Positions 35,090-49,094 of a DNA stretch of 64,000 bases are shown here, piece after piece. The stretch's first letter is position 1; each line of letters starts with the position of its first letter. The position numbers and the translations under genes were made by a program. Origin of the DNA: Anthoceros angustus. Lineage: Eukaryota > Plantae > Anthocerotophyta. The stretch lies in contig MU008157.1 of assembly GCA_010909165.1 (NCBI GenBank), positions 1-64,000 of the forward strand, read 5' to 3'. Below the pieces are notes generated by a model, which made no database searches, was not told the origin of the DNA, and saw only the letters and a list, made by a program, of their open reading frames with translations.

Positions 35090-38000
35090 GGCGCAATGTT
35101 CCTATACTTTCATGGTGAACTTGGTATCCATGGTGGATCAAGGCCCACCAACCTGTGGAAATTTCGGATGTGTCATTAAAGGAGTGCCTCTCGACACGGT
35201 CAAATATTATGACGTAAGACACGGCTAGGAAATTGGGCTTGGATATTGAACATACTACCAAGGTTTTATAGCGACATGTCCGTAATGGTGCCGGTGGGGA
35301 ACTGCTAACGACCATTGGAACCATCCCTACTTGATGGATTATGTAGTCATCCAAAGAAAATCGCTGTGCACGACGTCCTAATTGGCCGAACATGGATGTA
35401 CGATCGCAATGCACGCCAAGTGGGGGGGAAGGAAGTGGTTTTAAACTGGAATGGGATCCCAAGACCAAGGAGGAGGATGTGCCTATCGTGGAGTAAGGAC
35501 ATGTATGCGTGAAACTCCAATCAAATGTAGGGTACACTCGGCAGAGGACACGTCCGGGAGATGCAAGAGGAAGATAGGTTCCGTCGCACACATCTCATGG
35601 TCGATGAGGAGCGACTAGAGATATCCATATACAATTAACCGAGGGTCGTTACGGGTAACCGCCGAATGCTCCGGAAGGGGTCCGGGGGATTCAGCAGTGG
35701 AGAAAGCCGGAGGAGGCGACGCATTCGAAGGATTTGTTTAGGGAATGGGGCATGAGAGAAGAGGAACGGAGCCAAGAAGGATTCGGGTTAGCACCGCACT
35801 GAGAGCGCAGTGGTACAGGATGAAGTCAAGGACGTTGAGGTTCTTCCGTGGAAGGTGCTCAAATTCTCCGAACAATGGATGCGGCGTTGGAGGAAGGAAG
35901 GCGTAATTCATCGATGTTTTCGCCTGAGGTAATGACATGAAGGGATCCCCAAAGAATGGGCGAGCATAGGATTGACTGGAACCGTGGAGCAATCCCGAAG
36001 GATTCCACAAGACAAGTTAAATCCAAGTACTCCTCAAGGTAAAGGATCGCTTGGAGATGTACCTCAAGGACGTGATCTATCCTATAGTCAATACCGAATG
36101 GGTGGCTCCAATAGTGGTAGTACCTAAGAGGCACCAGCAAAATCCGAGTTTGTCGATCGGAGAAGGTTGAATAAGGTCACCAAGAAGGATCACTTTTACC
36201 CTTCATCGATAATATCCTCGGATCCGTCGCAGTGTAATGGCGATTCATTCCTAGACGGTACTGGGTATAATCACCGCACCTTAGGGAGAGCGATTGGCCT
36301 CGACCGCTTTTACAACCGACTGGGGACATATGCTTACAAGCGCAGCATTTGGGTTGACGGAGCACTGGGTCCTTCATGCGAGCCATCGTCAAAATTTTCA
36401 AGGACTTCCTCCGCGACTTTATGGAAGTTTTCCGACGACTGCGATGGTCGGGACCATCCGCCGCACCTCCGGAAGTGCTCGAGCCGCCGAGCAACGCAAT
36501 TATGCTCGCATCCAAAAGTGCTACCGCATGTCGGGAATTGCTAGCATCGAATTTCAAGCCGAGGTATAGAAGTAGATCCGGACAAGGTAAAGGTCATCGC
36601 CACCCTTAGAGCACCAACAACGCTAAAGGAACTCCGGGTTCCCGGGATGGTTATTATAGACGCTTGCTCCAAATTTCGCCAAGCGGCCGCCACTAACGAG
36701 CTTGTTAAGGAAGGATCGAGTGGGAATGGACGACGAACGGAGGAAGCATTTCGTGACTTACGCACCACATCGCTACAGCCCCACGCTAAAAGGACCGGAT
36801 CGAGTAAGAAGTTCCACGTTTTGCTGATGTTTCAAAGATTTGCAATTGGGTCACCCCCTTAGCCGGGATGAGAAGAAGAAGGATTTTCCGATCTACTATG
36901 CCGGAGACAACTAACGGACGCGAAAGTATACCACCACGGAGCCAAGCATCGGAATGGTTTACTCTGTCGTGACACTACCTCCTCTCGTATGAATTTGTGT
37001 TCCATGTTGACCACTTTGCCTTGAAACACCTTGTGAATAAACTCGACCTTTCGGACGATAGCACGCTGGATCTTGCCGTGAGTTTACCTTCACGGAAACG
37101 AGAGGGTAGGAAGCATATCAATGCCGACTTCATATCTCGATTGAAAACAGGGAAAGGTGGAAAAGGACCAGAAGACGACTTTCCGGAGACACGCTCGCAG
37201 GAGTTGCAAACCAACGAGTGAAGCCCAGTTCGGAAGGAGGAGCCAGCATCGATTGAGAAGGGAGGGTGGAAGACCAACATATCAGGAGATATACGATTAT
37301 CTTGGCACGGGCCAAATTCCTCCACATCTATCCAAGACACAGATTCAGCGTTTCACTACTCCGCACCATTCACACGGCACAATATGAATTATACCGAGTC
37401 TCCCGGACGGTGGAGCGGTTATGGGTACGCATCGGTGAGCGAGTCCCTTTACTTTAAGAAGAGGCGGAGGTCATTATGCCGCATGTCACATGCGGAAAAT
37501 TTTGAGGTCGGCTATTGGTGGCCTACAATGTACAAGGATGCCAAGGAGTTCGTGAAGCGGACGCTAAAGGGTCGGCAAGCCAACAAAGAACAACCCAATG
37601 GCCCCTTGTCCCCATACTTGCACCGCACCATTCGAGAAATGGGGAATCGATTTTGTCGCCCTATCCAAAAACCAAGGCTCGCCAAAACCAATACATCCCG
37701 TACAGACATCAGACGGATGAAGCACGGTGCACGCCAGAGATTCGGCGACGCCGTAGATTCTCTCGAGCAAATCATCACCGATATGGCTCACCGGAGCTGG
37801 CCGTGAGGAACACATTTTCCAATCGTAATCTCCAACATGACCAACCACTTCAACGCCGCCACGTGAAGTCCACGCCTTATAACCCAAAAGCCAATGCCGA
37901 AAAAGGCAAATGGCTTGTTGTGCAAGATCCTAACCAAACTCACCGCGCCTATGTATGATCGATATGAAATCGCATTCAAGACTGTGGCATCGGACCGGAA

Positions 38001-38403
38001 AGTGACAACGCAGAAACCCGTATTATCTTTACGGCATTCTCATGCCAATAGAATTCAAGTTCCCACCGAGAATACAGGAACCAAGTCGAATGCCGGTGGA
38101 GGAAAGTCGATTGGAAAAGGTTGGTGGGTTTCGAACACACGGAGGAGAGAACAAGCCCTCCAAGTTATGCGGGATGTCCAAAAAGGAGGAAGGAGTGGCA
38201 CGACAAGAGATTGAAGCGTCAATACGTTGTTCCCGGGATCCGCTTTACTATATGATAACCGATACATGCATTTTCTGTAAATTACATCTCGATGGATGGG
38301 GCCCTTCGAGTTTTAAGTTTTCACAACGGATCAATTCAACTCAAGATTTTAGTGGCTCACCCCAACGCCCAACGGTTGGCGGGTCAAGAAATATTACCAA
38401 TAA
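35090..38403 (+). pseudogene. pol: pol of A1 (PR, RT, RH, INT), frameshifted
   Basis: KGVPLDT (PR); KVTKKDHF and KIFKDFLRDFMEVF (RT); FHVDHFALKHLVNK (RH); YWWPTMYKDAKEFVK and NPKAN..EKANGLLCKILTK (INT); stop TAA at 38401-38403. Confidence 0.9.
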
Positions 38404-38421
38404 GTTGGCGAGGACGCCAAC

Positions 38422-38437
38422 AAATGAGAAGGGAGTA
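38422..38437 (+). promoter_or_regulatory. Polypurine tract of A1
   Basis: AAATGAGAAGGGAGTA directly before TGTGGAAG. Confidence 0.85.
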
Positions 38438-41400
38438 TGTGGAAGACCACATGTGCACTAACCCCGCTCCCAAGTGTCGTGATGAACGATTTTTTTTGTT
38501 TTGATGTGTTAGAATAGCAAAGTGCTTTGAGAATCGTCCGAGTCGTCTTTTATACGGAATGGTCCTTGGCCCTTGGAGATAATAATAATTTTTCGACCTT
38601 AGGTTTGACCCGAGGGTGGGGTAGAAATAGAGTCCTTGGGTATTGGGAATTTTTAGAATAAAAGGTGTCTATATATGCTAGGGATGCTCACAATATGCCA
38701 CAGTGTAGTCAAGTGGGTGGTGGCTAGTTCCACCACGGTGGCCGAGAAACGGACGCATGCACTGTGGGAATTTACAACCCTAGTGGCGGGACTACCACGG
38801 AGCGAATCGAGAGAAGGGCACACCCAAGATCATGAGGTCGCGACTTTCCGTGGAGGGGCAGGAGCGAGTGCAAGAAGAGGGGCGCGCATAACGACGCCAG
38901 CCAAATCCGCCTCACTGCGCAGGAGGAAGGCGCGACGATCGTGACAGAGCGGCGCGGAGGAGAGAAATCGGCCGCAAGTTCGCGAGGAGGCGTGGAAGGA
39001 GCGCGAGGGCGGCTCGATTTTTTTTCTCTCGACCGTAACTGCAGGGTAGTCGAGGTTTTGTTTTGGGAAACAACGAGAAGGAGATGGCGCCCAGCGGCCG
39101 AAATCTCATCACGCAGCGGCCCAACATGGACCATCGGAAAGTGAGAGCCGGCAGGTGCGTGAGCCGGGTCAAGTTCATGGAGAAGAAATGGTGCTACGAC
39201 CGCATTGGTGCAAGAGTGCGCCCGCAATTAAGGACCAAGTCGCAAGAGGGTGACGCGAGGAAAAGGCCGCAGAACTGGATTTGGCCCTCTTCGAGCAAAG
39301 TATGGGCGAGAAGCATCGAGGATGGGAGCTTGGTGATTGACCCCAAAGAAGACCTTGAAAGTCAGCCGCGCTCATGAAGCCTGGGAAGTGAGAGTGAACA
39401 ATGGTCGGGTGACTCGCCAACTCGTGTTCACAGTGGTGGGATTGGCCAAATGGATTTTGTGTTTCCTACGTAACCTAAGGATCATATGGCGGATCACTTC
39501 TTGGTTTTTCTTCACGAGGTGGTCAAGGGTACACAAATTGATTGGGGAGGATGATTTTCGAAAGAGCCTGTGAGGAGAAGGCGAATTTACTCTCTTCCCT
39601 CGGCCCTCCTTGATTTCGCCTTTTCCGATTCATGTATTTGCGCATTCCGGTGTTTAACGAGTTGAAGTCGGTCCGCCTGCATGGTTGGAAGCCGGGAACT
39701 CAAGGTAGAAGAGGAGGAATTGAAGGAGGATTCGGCAAGGATTCCAGCTTGGGAGTGCGCTCGGAAGGTTCTAAGAGGGTGGGGAAGTTTCCAAGGGTAA
39801 GAAGCGAAGGGCGACGGTCGAAGGGGATCGGCGAAAAAGGGAGGCAGAAGAGGAGGAACCCACACACCTGTGGTCACTGTGTCAAGACAGCAGAACGGTA
39901 AAGGAGGAGAAAATAAAGGGAAATGGCAAGTTGCTCCTCCTGTGCAGGGATGAATCGCCGCTAGGGAGAATGAAGCGGGGAAGAGGCAAGGCGCACCAAC
40001 CCCTAGGAGAGGAGGGTTAACTCAGCCGAGACCGACGAGCTCCGGACATTTTGGCGACATTTCACCGAACCGTCCTACGAGGTGGGGATAGGAGACACGA
40101 CACGAGAATTGTTGTGGAGGCGGATGGGCAAGGGACAGCCCAATTTGGGGATTTGGTGGTTTGACTTGCCATGGCACGACGCAGCGGATCTCCTCGATCA
40201 AGCCCATGGCTCTCACTGGCCGAGTGTGCAAGGCCAGGAGAAGTTGCTCAAGGAGAAGTTGGAGAGCCCGAAGGCGAGAGCAAGGCGGCCGAGGAGCGCA
40301 GACGGAGTGCGGCCTTATGCAAGGCACAGGAGCAAGAGGCACATGTCCACTCGCAGAAGCTTTAGTAAATCAGTCAAGGGGCGATGCTACAATTGAAGAG
40401 CTTCAAGATGAGGTCTCGCGAGTCCAGAGCAGTGGAAGCGATGGCGCCTTGGAGAAATTCAAGAAGCGGAGAGGTACAAGCGGAAGAGACGGGCTAGGGC
40501 CGAGTCAAGAGAGAGGTGGCCAAACCAAGAAGGCCGAGCAACCACCGCAGAGCAAACAACCACCGTGTAACCACCACGGTGGCTAAACCAGCCACCGCCG
40601 TGGAACGGGAACCGAGGTGGGGAAGTCACCGAGGAGTGTCGCAGATGGAGGGATGATCCGGAGAATCAGCACCGCCCAGGATTGTCCACGGAGGAGAGGG
40701 TAAGGACCTCAGATCGAAGGGCGACAGTTACGGCGTCCGGATGAGGATGCTCATGTCCTCGCCGCCGCATGGTGAGCGGTGCTCACTCTAAACGTGTATG
40801 TGGTTGTTGGGACAGAGGGGCGTAAACCACGGTCAGACATCTTGACCGCCAGCTACTGCTGGTTCCTTCGAGTAGGAGGGCGCCTATCCTCCGCAAGTGG
40901 TGCCGGAAGAGATGAGCGAGGCGCAGCGAGCATGGAGGGAGGAGCACAGATGGTTGTCCAAATGAGGAGGAGCGGGACAATGGACATAGAGGTCACAGGC
41001 AACGTCCGGGAAGGCGCGAGGGAAATTCAGGAGAGCGAGGTGGAGGTTGTGGGGAAAATCGGATCAGGTGGCAGGCCAAGAGCGAGAGGGGTCCCCATGG
41101 GCCGAGGGCGAGGCAAAGAATCGCGAGGCGGCAGCTGATTTTAGGGGAGTCGCGATAGCCTAGGACCGGGTTTTTCGTGCGAGAGGATAGGGAGTTCCAT
41201 CACCAGAGCCGGTTGCTTAGATTGGTAAGGGGCGCCGTGGTAGGAGCTACAATTTTAGACACTAAAGAGAAGTGAGTGTTGGACCACGGATGTATAAGAG
41301 ACCCTTTGGGTGTCTCTCAAGGCACGATTTCGTGTGTGAACTTCCGTATCGAACCGTGAGTGGGGTTGATTGGAGACGCCCGTCAAGATCAAACGGGTTC

Positions 41401-42140
41401 GCGCACCGCCTTCGTCACAAGAAGGCCGGAAGATCTCGGATGGTCGAGAGCGGAGTGGCCAAGCTCCACTGGGTAACGGAAGGCGGGCCAAAAAGAGGTA
41501 GGAATTGCCGGACGGCCGAGGCGGAATCCGAAGGCGAATCGCCCAAGCACCGACCGGGTTTTCTTCCCGATCCTCTTTCCAACTGCTGCCACCATGTGTG
41601 TTCATTCCATGAGAGAGGGGTCTGTGTGGCCCAAGGAGGGGTCTGTGTGGCCCAAGGGGAAAAGGGGTCTGTGTGGCCCGTGAGACGAGGGAGAGTTCAT
41701 TGGGAAGGGGGAAGGTTCCCGAAGGGGTAGTTGAGTGCGCGCTGGGAGGGATTGTGAGAGTGTGTGAGGGAAAATCGGGAATGCGTAAGAGGAGTGGAAG
41801 CGTGTGGTGGAATCGCAGAAATTCCCAGAAGTAAAGTGAGGCGTATATAGGTATCCGTATGCCCATAGCCCCCTAGGTCCGTGTTAGAGAAGTTGAAATA
41901 GACCCATGAAGGCGGCCATTGGGGACCCGCACGGCGAACCGCCACGGTGGCCGAGTCTACCACTTGGTGGGTTTGGGCAAGGTAGGAGAAGGTGGGGTAG
42001 TGAGCGACGGTAGGTCTAGAATCCATAGATTTAGCACACCTTGACACAACACCATTCCCTTGGGATCGAATCCTAGGACTATAACGACATAGAGGGTAAA
42101 TGTGGCCTCTTTGCGCCTTGGATGCAAAACCCATTCCACA
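38438..42140 (+). repeat. 3' LTR of A1 (contains a second copy of the LTR ORF, ~38675-41162)
   Basis: TGTGGAAG...TTCCACA; same peptides as the 5' LTR copy. Confidence 0.92.
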
Positions 42141-43510
42141 TTCTCCAACAAATTGCCTCAAGATCCGCCACCACACAACTACACCTATGCCAAACATAAA
42201 ATCTAACAACTACAAAACTCCTTCTTGGCACTAAAACACCTAGCACCAACAAGCCAAAGACATCAAAATCAGCCGCCACCCCACTCAAACTCGATCGGCT
42301 CTTGGCTCCTTCATGCGAGCCTCCACTATCCGTGATACAAAGAAAGCCATGCCCTTCGCAACCATGGCATCCTTACAAGCATCTTCCATAACCCTAGAGG
42401 AAGAGGGTTTTCCTTCTTTTCTTCTCTCCATCTGCACCTATCATGGCGTCATCATACTCCATCGCCTCCCTTGAGCGCCCCTATCGACCCACCACCTGCT
42501 CCACTCCTTGGGCATCCGCCGCCCAACACCATCTCCACTCTTGTAATGCCACCTCTCGCCGCACCACCATCCGGACTCACGAGGTAAGGCCACCCCTACA
42601 TCAGAGGGGCCGGCCTATTCGGGTCCCTACACTTATAAGATAACTCTATTGGAGGGCATTAGGCCCTCACGCCTCCACTTACACCAACTCGGATCATCGT
42701 CCAACCACTTCCTACTCGAGGTTAGCCCCTTCTACCTAATTAGTTTTCCTACATCCTACCTCCGGGAGCCAAGTTCCTACAAGATTTCATTTTCTCGCCA
42801 ATGTAACCCCCCAAAATTAGTATTGACACGATGACAATTCTCTTCCACTTCACTCTAGTTCTCTCTCGGTTTGCTCCAAATTAATCCTTTTGATCCAAAA
42901 AGTAGAAGTGCCCAAACTGTTCCTGAAGCCCATCCGAGCATCTGTGAGGGGCGATGGTGAGCCAAGGCACGCCATAATTTGGTGGGTTAGGAGCCTCAAG
43001 ATCGTCACGAGCGATTCAGCTTGTGCAACTTGATTCAAGCTACAACCCGAATGCAGGAGATCTCTGCGACTCTCTAAGACCACACCAATCTTGAGAAAAT
43101 CTTTTCCAAGTGCATGAAATACCGATACGGCAAAACAGGGAATATCGACGAGCAAGTCAAGAATCGTAATATACAAGCTAGTATAATAAAGTATTATTAA
43201 GGGAATGAATGGTATGTACAGTCCAAATGTTGCCACGTTAGCTTTAATCAACCTCCATCACCTCTACTAGCTAGAACGAACAATGGTAGCCAAACAACCG
43301 TAATTCTCGGTTCTTCTGCACCCCATGTTCCACAAAAGGAGGATCGTGATGGTGCCAACCACCACCATCTTGGTTGTGAAGCTCGCGATGCACCAACCCT
43401 TCTTCAATGTGGCTGAAGCATGCCGCCACAGTAGCGCCATATACAATAATATCATGAATATGCAGATTGAAAGGACTACATCGTGAGGTTGTGGAGGATG
43501 CATCACCGTG
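42141..43510 (+). pseudogene. Remainder of the LINE RT fragment in unit 3
   Basis: Continues the unit sequence CAACAAATTGCCTCAAG after the TSD. Confidence 0.55.
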
Positions 43511-44469
43511 TCGTATAGACTATAGTCTAGAGCTTATTGATGACATTTTGTTTTGGTGATTAAAAGTAAGAAATTTAGGTGTCCAACACATAACTCTAAA
43601 AAGAGAAGGTATTTCTTTTAGTACAAGCTATAGGCTAGAGCTCATTGATGACATTTTGTTTTGGTGGCATAAAAGTAAGAAAACTTAGATGTCCAACAAT
43701 AAGTCTAAAAAGAGAAGGTATCTGCTTTACTACATAAAGTCTTTGTTGCTCTTCATTTATAAAAGAAAAATAAGGTATCTAGAATAGATGCATCCAACAA
43801 TAACATCTAAAATGGAAGTCACCTAGATTAAAGGTGTTAAAAGAAAGAAATCTAAACATGAAATTGCCTAGATTAGAGGTGTACAAGAAAGAAAACTAAA
43901 AATAAAAATTGCTTAGATTAGAGGTGTACAAGAAAGAAATCTAGAGATTAGAATGAGAAAATGCTAGAAGGTATTTATAAGGAAAGATTACAAGAATGGA
44001 AGTAGCTTCTTAATAAAAGAGCTCTTGGAGGAGTATAAATATTGCGTAAAACCACGTATACATTCAAACATTCATTTGTAAGATTTACCCAGCATGTCTT
44101 CAAGTTAGTTGTGGACTTAGAGCTTTGCCCTTTGTATGAGATGTTCGTTTTTTTTCTCCTTGAGCAAAAGATATATTAGATTTTATTATGATATGTGATG
44201 TAACTTACTTAACTCAAGAGAAGCTCGCGTTCAGCAAGTATTTCATATATTGAGATTTACTTTTGAACTAGGTCTATTTTTGTGTCGCTTGGACCAAAGC
44301 ATTTATAATATTTCTTCGCTTTTTTCTCCTTGAAGAAAAAAATTATTGACTTTTATTATGGTGTGTGACATAACTTCTTGAACTTGAGGGAAGGTCTCAC
44401 GCAACAATAAGTTATGGAGAAATCTAAAATTAATTAAAATATATATACCAAAGCATTTAGCTAGCCACA

Positions 44470-45258
44470 ATGACTTTAAGTAACCACAAGTCGATGCACC
44501 TTTTATAAGACAAGTATGGGGTTACAATCTTGAGCAAGAATTAGACTTTATCCGGTTCCACATTATTGATCAATATCGTATAATAAGTATAGATACAGAA
44601 TTTCCAGGCATAGTGGTGGTGCCCGATGCAAGTTATTACATAGAAGACTATGAATACCAAATGATCAAAGGTAATGTGGATAGACTAAAGTTAATCCAAC
44701 TAGGGCTTACATTTGCCGAAAATGCAAAGCTGCCTTTTGTAAAGAAAGCAGTAAGTTTGGTATGGCAATTCAATTTTAGAATCAACCTTGACCAAGATAT
44801 GTATGCGTAAGATAGTATAAATCTTTTGCGTAATGGTATAGATTTTGATCAACACAGGATAATGGGCATAGATGTTCATTTTGGGATTCAAACATCAACA
44901 TATTACATAATCAAAATTTGCAATGGATTGGTTTCCACCCAACCTACGATTTTGCCTACTTGCTAAAAACCATCACAGTCAAGAATTACCGAGACAAGAG
45001 AGAATTTCTTTGTTTTGTAGCTAATTATTTTCCTAATATATTTGACGTCAAATACATTATGTGTTGGACAAGTAGTTTAAGTATATTAGCAAAAGTACTA
45101 AGGGGACAAAGGGACTTGTCATCATGTCCAGATTCCTATTGACTTTTCATGTATTTCATAAAATATGTGAAAAGTGGCCCATCTTTCAAGATGGACGCTT
45201 CATGTATTATAAGGATCAATTATATGGATTAAGTCCATATAAAAATATTTTAAAATAA
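44470..45258 (+). CDS. CAF1: CAF1-like deadenylase, copy 3 (frameshifted as assembled)
   Basis: In-frame ISIDTEFPGIVVVP at ~44583-44625, NVDRLKLIQLGLTF, QWIGFHPTYDFAYLLK. Confidence 0.88.
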
Positions 45259-46524
45259 AATTATTTTATTAATGAACTTAGTTCTATAAACATATTTTAT
45301 CTTACTATCATCATGCGTATTATCTAGCATAAATTCTTCAACCCTATCTAAGATGCATGTGTTCAATTGCTCTTTCTAACTCTACCATTGTCCCCAATGT
45401 GGAACGATATTGATTTGGGCCCCTTTATCATTTTGATCTAGTTTGTTTCATTTTGGTTCGACCCCAAGGTGACCGCATCTATTAACGGTGCTTTTTGAGC
45501 CATTTAGGGAAGTTTGGAACAAGGAGAGGAACTTAGAAGTTTCTCGTGATAGGTAGACTAGTTGGTAGGATAGGAGGATGTCCTTCCCAAGTAGGTCGAG
45601 GTCGTATGCACACTTCAGCCGAATGTAGCGGACTTGGCGACAAAAGGACTACCTAAGGCAACCCACAACAAAGAGTAGTGTCACTGGGATTAACAAGACA
45701 AGAAGATCGACTTATCTTAATCAAGATGCGCCAGAAGCGTCAAGATGCGCCCACAACTTCATGATCAAGGCAGCGAGTGAGCTGCAGAAGGCAGTGCAGC
45801 TTGGGCATCCACGCAAGGCACACCTCCCATGTGTAACGATGCTGCATGCTCCGCCATCGGTGCCGGACACACTTCACACGCCACACACGTAGATCGATCT
45901 GGATGAAGCATAAAGTTAATCAAGTCGACTCTCACAACTTCATTTCCACCATAGCCATACCATTCGCAGGGTTTGAGACGAGTCGTTGAAGGGGCACTTG
46001 CACGCCATCAAGATGAGTTCGACCTCGCCACTTTGGAGGTAGCGCCGCACAGCTCAACCGCTTTCGACTTTCTCTCGCATCCTCGGATCGAGCTTGCAGT
46101 GGCTTTTCCATCTTCACGCACCGCCCGACCGCTTGCGGAGCGCATCGAGCTTAGGAGGCGTGCAAAACATGCAAGCAAAATTGCTGGGCAAGCTCTAGCA
46201 GTGACACGTCGCATGCACAAACCATCGCGAGGGGGCGCGGACAACAAACGCCCATCGCACTCGAAAGGCATCGTGAGATAGCGCTGTTTTACTCAGCCGC
46301 CACTAACGGATAAGGTCCGAGTTACTGAGGGCATATTGGAATCTGCGTTACGCTATGACACTAACTCGTGGTTATGATCGATCGCGGGTTAACTTACATG
46401 AATAATGATTCATTAGGTTATTACGTTATTAGGTTTTAAAACTTACACTCACTTTTCTTTATTGTTTTATTAAACCCTAAATGATCTTTTGCCTACCCGC
46501 ACGTCGTTTCTCGCTTTGCTTCTC

Positions 46525-48150
46525 AAGGATGAGGATGGTGATGTCTTAATTCCCTTTACCAAGGATCCTCGAGGTGTTTGATCATACACCAAGGAACATG
46601 AATTTGTATTCTACCGTGAGCGAGTCCTATTGGTACAGCGCACTCAACAAGCGGAGATTTCCTCCCATCCGCAGTTGTTGGGGTTTGTTAAACTTGGTGG
46701 TGGCCCCCAATAATCGCCTTTACCTCAGTTTATCAACGCCGTGCAGCAACCTCAAGCTACTTCCTTGACTTAATTTCTTTCAACCTCTACTCCTCATTCT
46801 CCAACAAATTGCCTCAAGATCCGCCACCACACAACTACACCTAAAACATAAAATCTAACAACTAAAACTCCTTCTTGGCACTAAAACACCTAGCACCAAC
46901 AAGCCAAAGACATCAAAATCAGCCGCTACCCCACTCAAACTCGATCGGCTCCCCTTCATGCGAGCCTCCACTATCCTGATACAAAGCAAGCCATGCCCTC
47001 TTGGCAACCATGGCATCCTTGCTACAAGCATCTTCCATAACCCTAGAGGAAGAGGGTTTCCCTTCTTTCTTCTCCATGCACCTATCATGGCGCCTCATCC
47101 TCATACTCCATATCCTCTTGAGCGCCCCTATCGGCACCTGGCTCCACTCCTTGGGCATCCGCGCCCAACACCATCTCCACTCTTTGTAATGCCACCTCTC
47201 GTCGCACCACCATACGGACCTCACAGGTAAGGCCTACATCGGTGGGGGCCTATTCGGTCCTCCCATAAGATAACTCTATTGGAGGGCATTAGGCCCTCAC
47301 GCCTCACTCCACCACCAACTCGGATCATCGGTCAACCACTTCCTACTCGAGGTTAGCCCTTCTACCTAATTAGTTTTCCCTACATCCTACCTGAGCCAAG
47401 TTCCTACAAGATTTCCCAATTTACGCCAATGTAACCCCCAAAATTAGTATTGATACGATGACAATTCTCTTCCCCTTCACTTAAGTTCTCTCCAGTTTGC
47501 TCCAAATTAATCCTTTTGATCCAAAAGTAGAAGTGCCCAAACTTTTCGTTCCATGAAGCCAGTATCTGGTGGGGCGATGGTGAGCCAAGGGCACTAATTT
47601 GGTGGGTTGGGAGCCTCAAGATCGTTCGAGCCCCATTCGGGCTTGTGCAACTTGATTCAAGCTACAAACAATCACGGAGATCTCTTGCCGACTCTCTAAG
47701 ACCACACCAATCTTGAGAAAATCTTTCCAAGTGCATGAAATACCGTATCTGACAAGCAGGGAATATCGACGAGCAAGTCAAGAATCGGAATATACAAGCT
47801 AGTCACATTATAATAAAGTATTATTAAGGGAAATGAATGGTATGTACAGTCCTAGAATGTTGCCACGTTAATCGGAACCTCCATCACCTCTACTAGCTAG
47901 AACGAACAATGGTAGCCAAACAACCGTAATTCGCGGTTCTTGCGCCCATGTTCCACAAAAGGAGCAGCATCATGATGGTGCCGCAACCACCACCATCTTG
48001 GTTGTGAAGCTCGCGATGCACCAACCCTTCTTCAATGTGGCCTTCGCGAAGCATGCCGCCAGTGGCATGCCAATAATATCATGAATATGTTGAAAGGACT
48101 ACATCATCGCCGGAGGTTGTGGAGGATGCATCACGGTGTCGTATAGACTA
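46525..48150 (+). pseudogene. Decayed LINE RT fragment, unit 4
   Basis: Same sequence as in units 1-3. Confidence 0.55.
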
Positions 48151-49094
48151 TAGTCTAGAGCTTATTGATGACATTTTGTTTTGGTGATTAAAAGTAAGAA
48201 ATTTAGGTGTCAACATAACTCTAAAAGAGAAGGTATTTCTTTTTAGTACAAGCTATAGGCTAGAGCTCATTGATGACATTTTGTTTTGGTGGCATAAAAG
48301 TAAGAAACTTAGATGTCCAACAAATAAGTCTAAAAGAGAAGGTATCTCATTTTACTACATAAAGTCTTTGTTGCTCTTCATTTATAAAAGAAAAAATAAG
48401 GTATCTAGAATAGATGCATCCAACAATAACATCTAAAATGGAAGTCACCTAGATTAAAGGTGTTAAAGAAAGAAATCTAAACATGAAATTGCCTAGATTA
48501 GAGGTGTACAAGAAAGAAAACTAAAAATAAAAATTGCTTAGATTAGGCGTGTCCAAGAAAGAAATCTAGAGATTAGAATGAGAAATGCTAGAAGGTATTT
48601 ATAAGGAAAGATTACAAGAATGAGTAGCTTCTAATAAAAGAGCTCTTGGAGGAGTATAAATATTGCGTAAACCACGTCATACATTCAAACATTCATTTGT
48701 AAGATTTACCCCGCATGTCTTCAAGTTAGTTGTGGACTTAGAGCTTTGCCCTTTGTATGAGATGTTCGTTTTTTTTTCTCCTTGAGCAAAAGATATATTA
48801 GATTTTATTATGATATGTGATGTAACTTACTTAACTCAAGAGAAGCTCTCGCTCAAAGAAGTATTTCATATATTGAGATTTACTTTTGAACTAGGTCTAT
48901 TTTTGTGTCCGCTTTGGACCAAAGCGTACTTTATAATATTTCTTCGCTTTCTCCTTGAAGAAAAAATTATTGACTTTTATTATGGTGTGTGACATAACTT
49001 CTTGAACTTGAGGGAAGGTCTCACGCGCAACAATAAGTTATGAGAAATCTAAAAGTAATTAAAATATATATACCAAAGCATTTGCTTAGCCACA

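Larger units (their letters stand above)
29046..42140 (+). mobile_element. Full-length Ty3/gypsy Athila-like LTR retrotransposon, family A, copy A1
   Basis: LTRs TGTGGAAGACCAC...CCCATTCCACA (5' start noisy), TSD TTCTC clear at 42141-42145, degenerate PBS at 32656-32671, PPT at 38422-38437, gag-PR-RT-RH-INT order. Confidence 0.93.

Noticed and set aside
38200-38437. Chromodomain at the integrase C-terminus
   Set aside because: Integrase ends at ...KKYYQ* just before the PPT, leaving no room and no motif.
29046-42140. Dating insertions from LTR-LTR divergence
   Set aside because: Differences are dominated by probable consensus errors.
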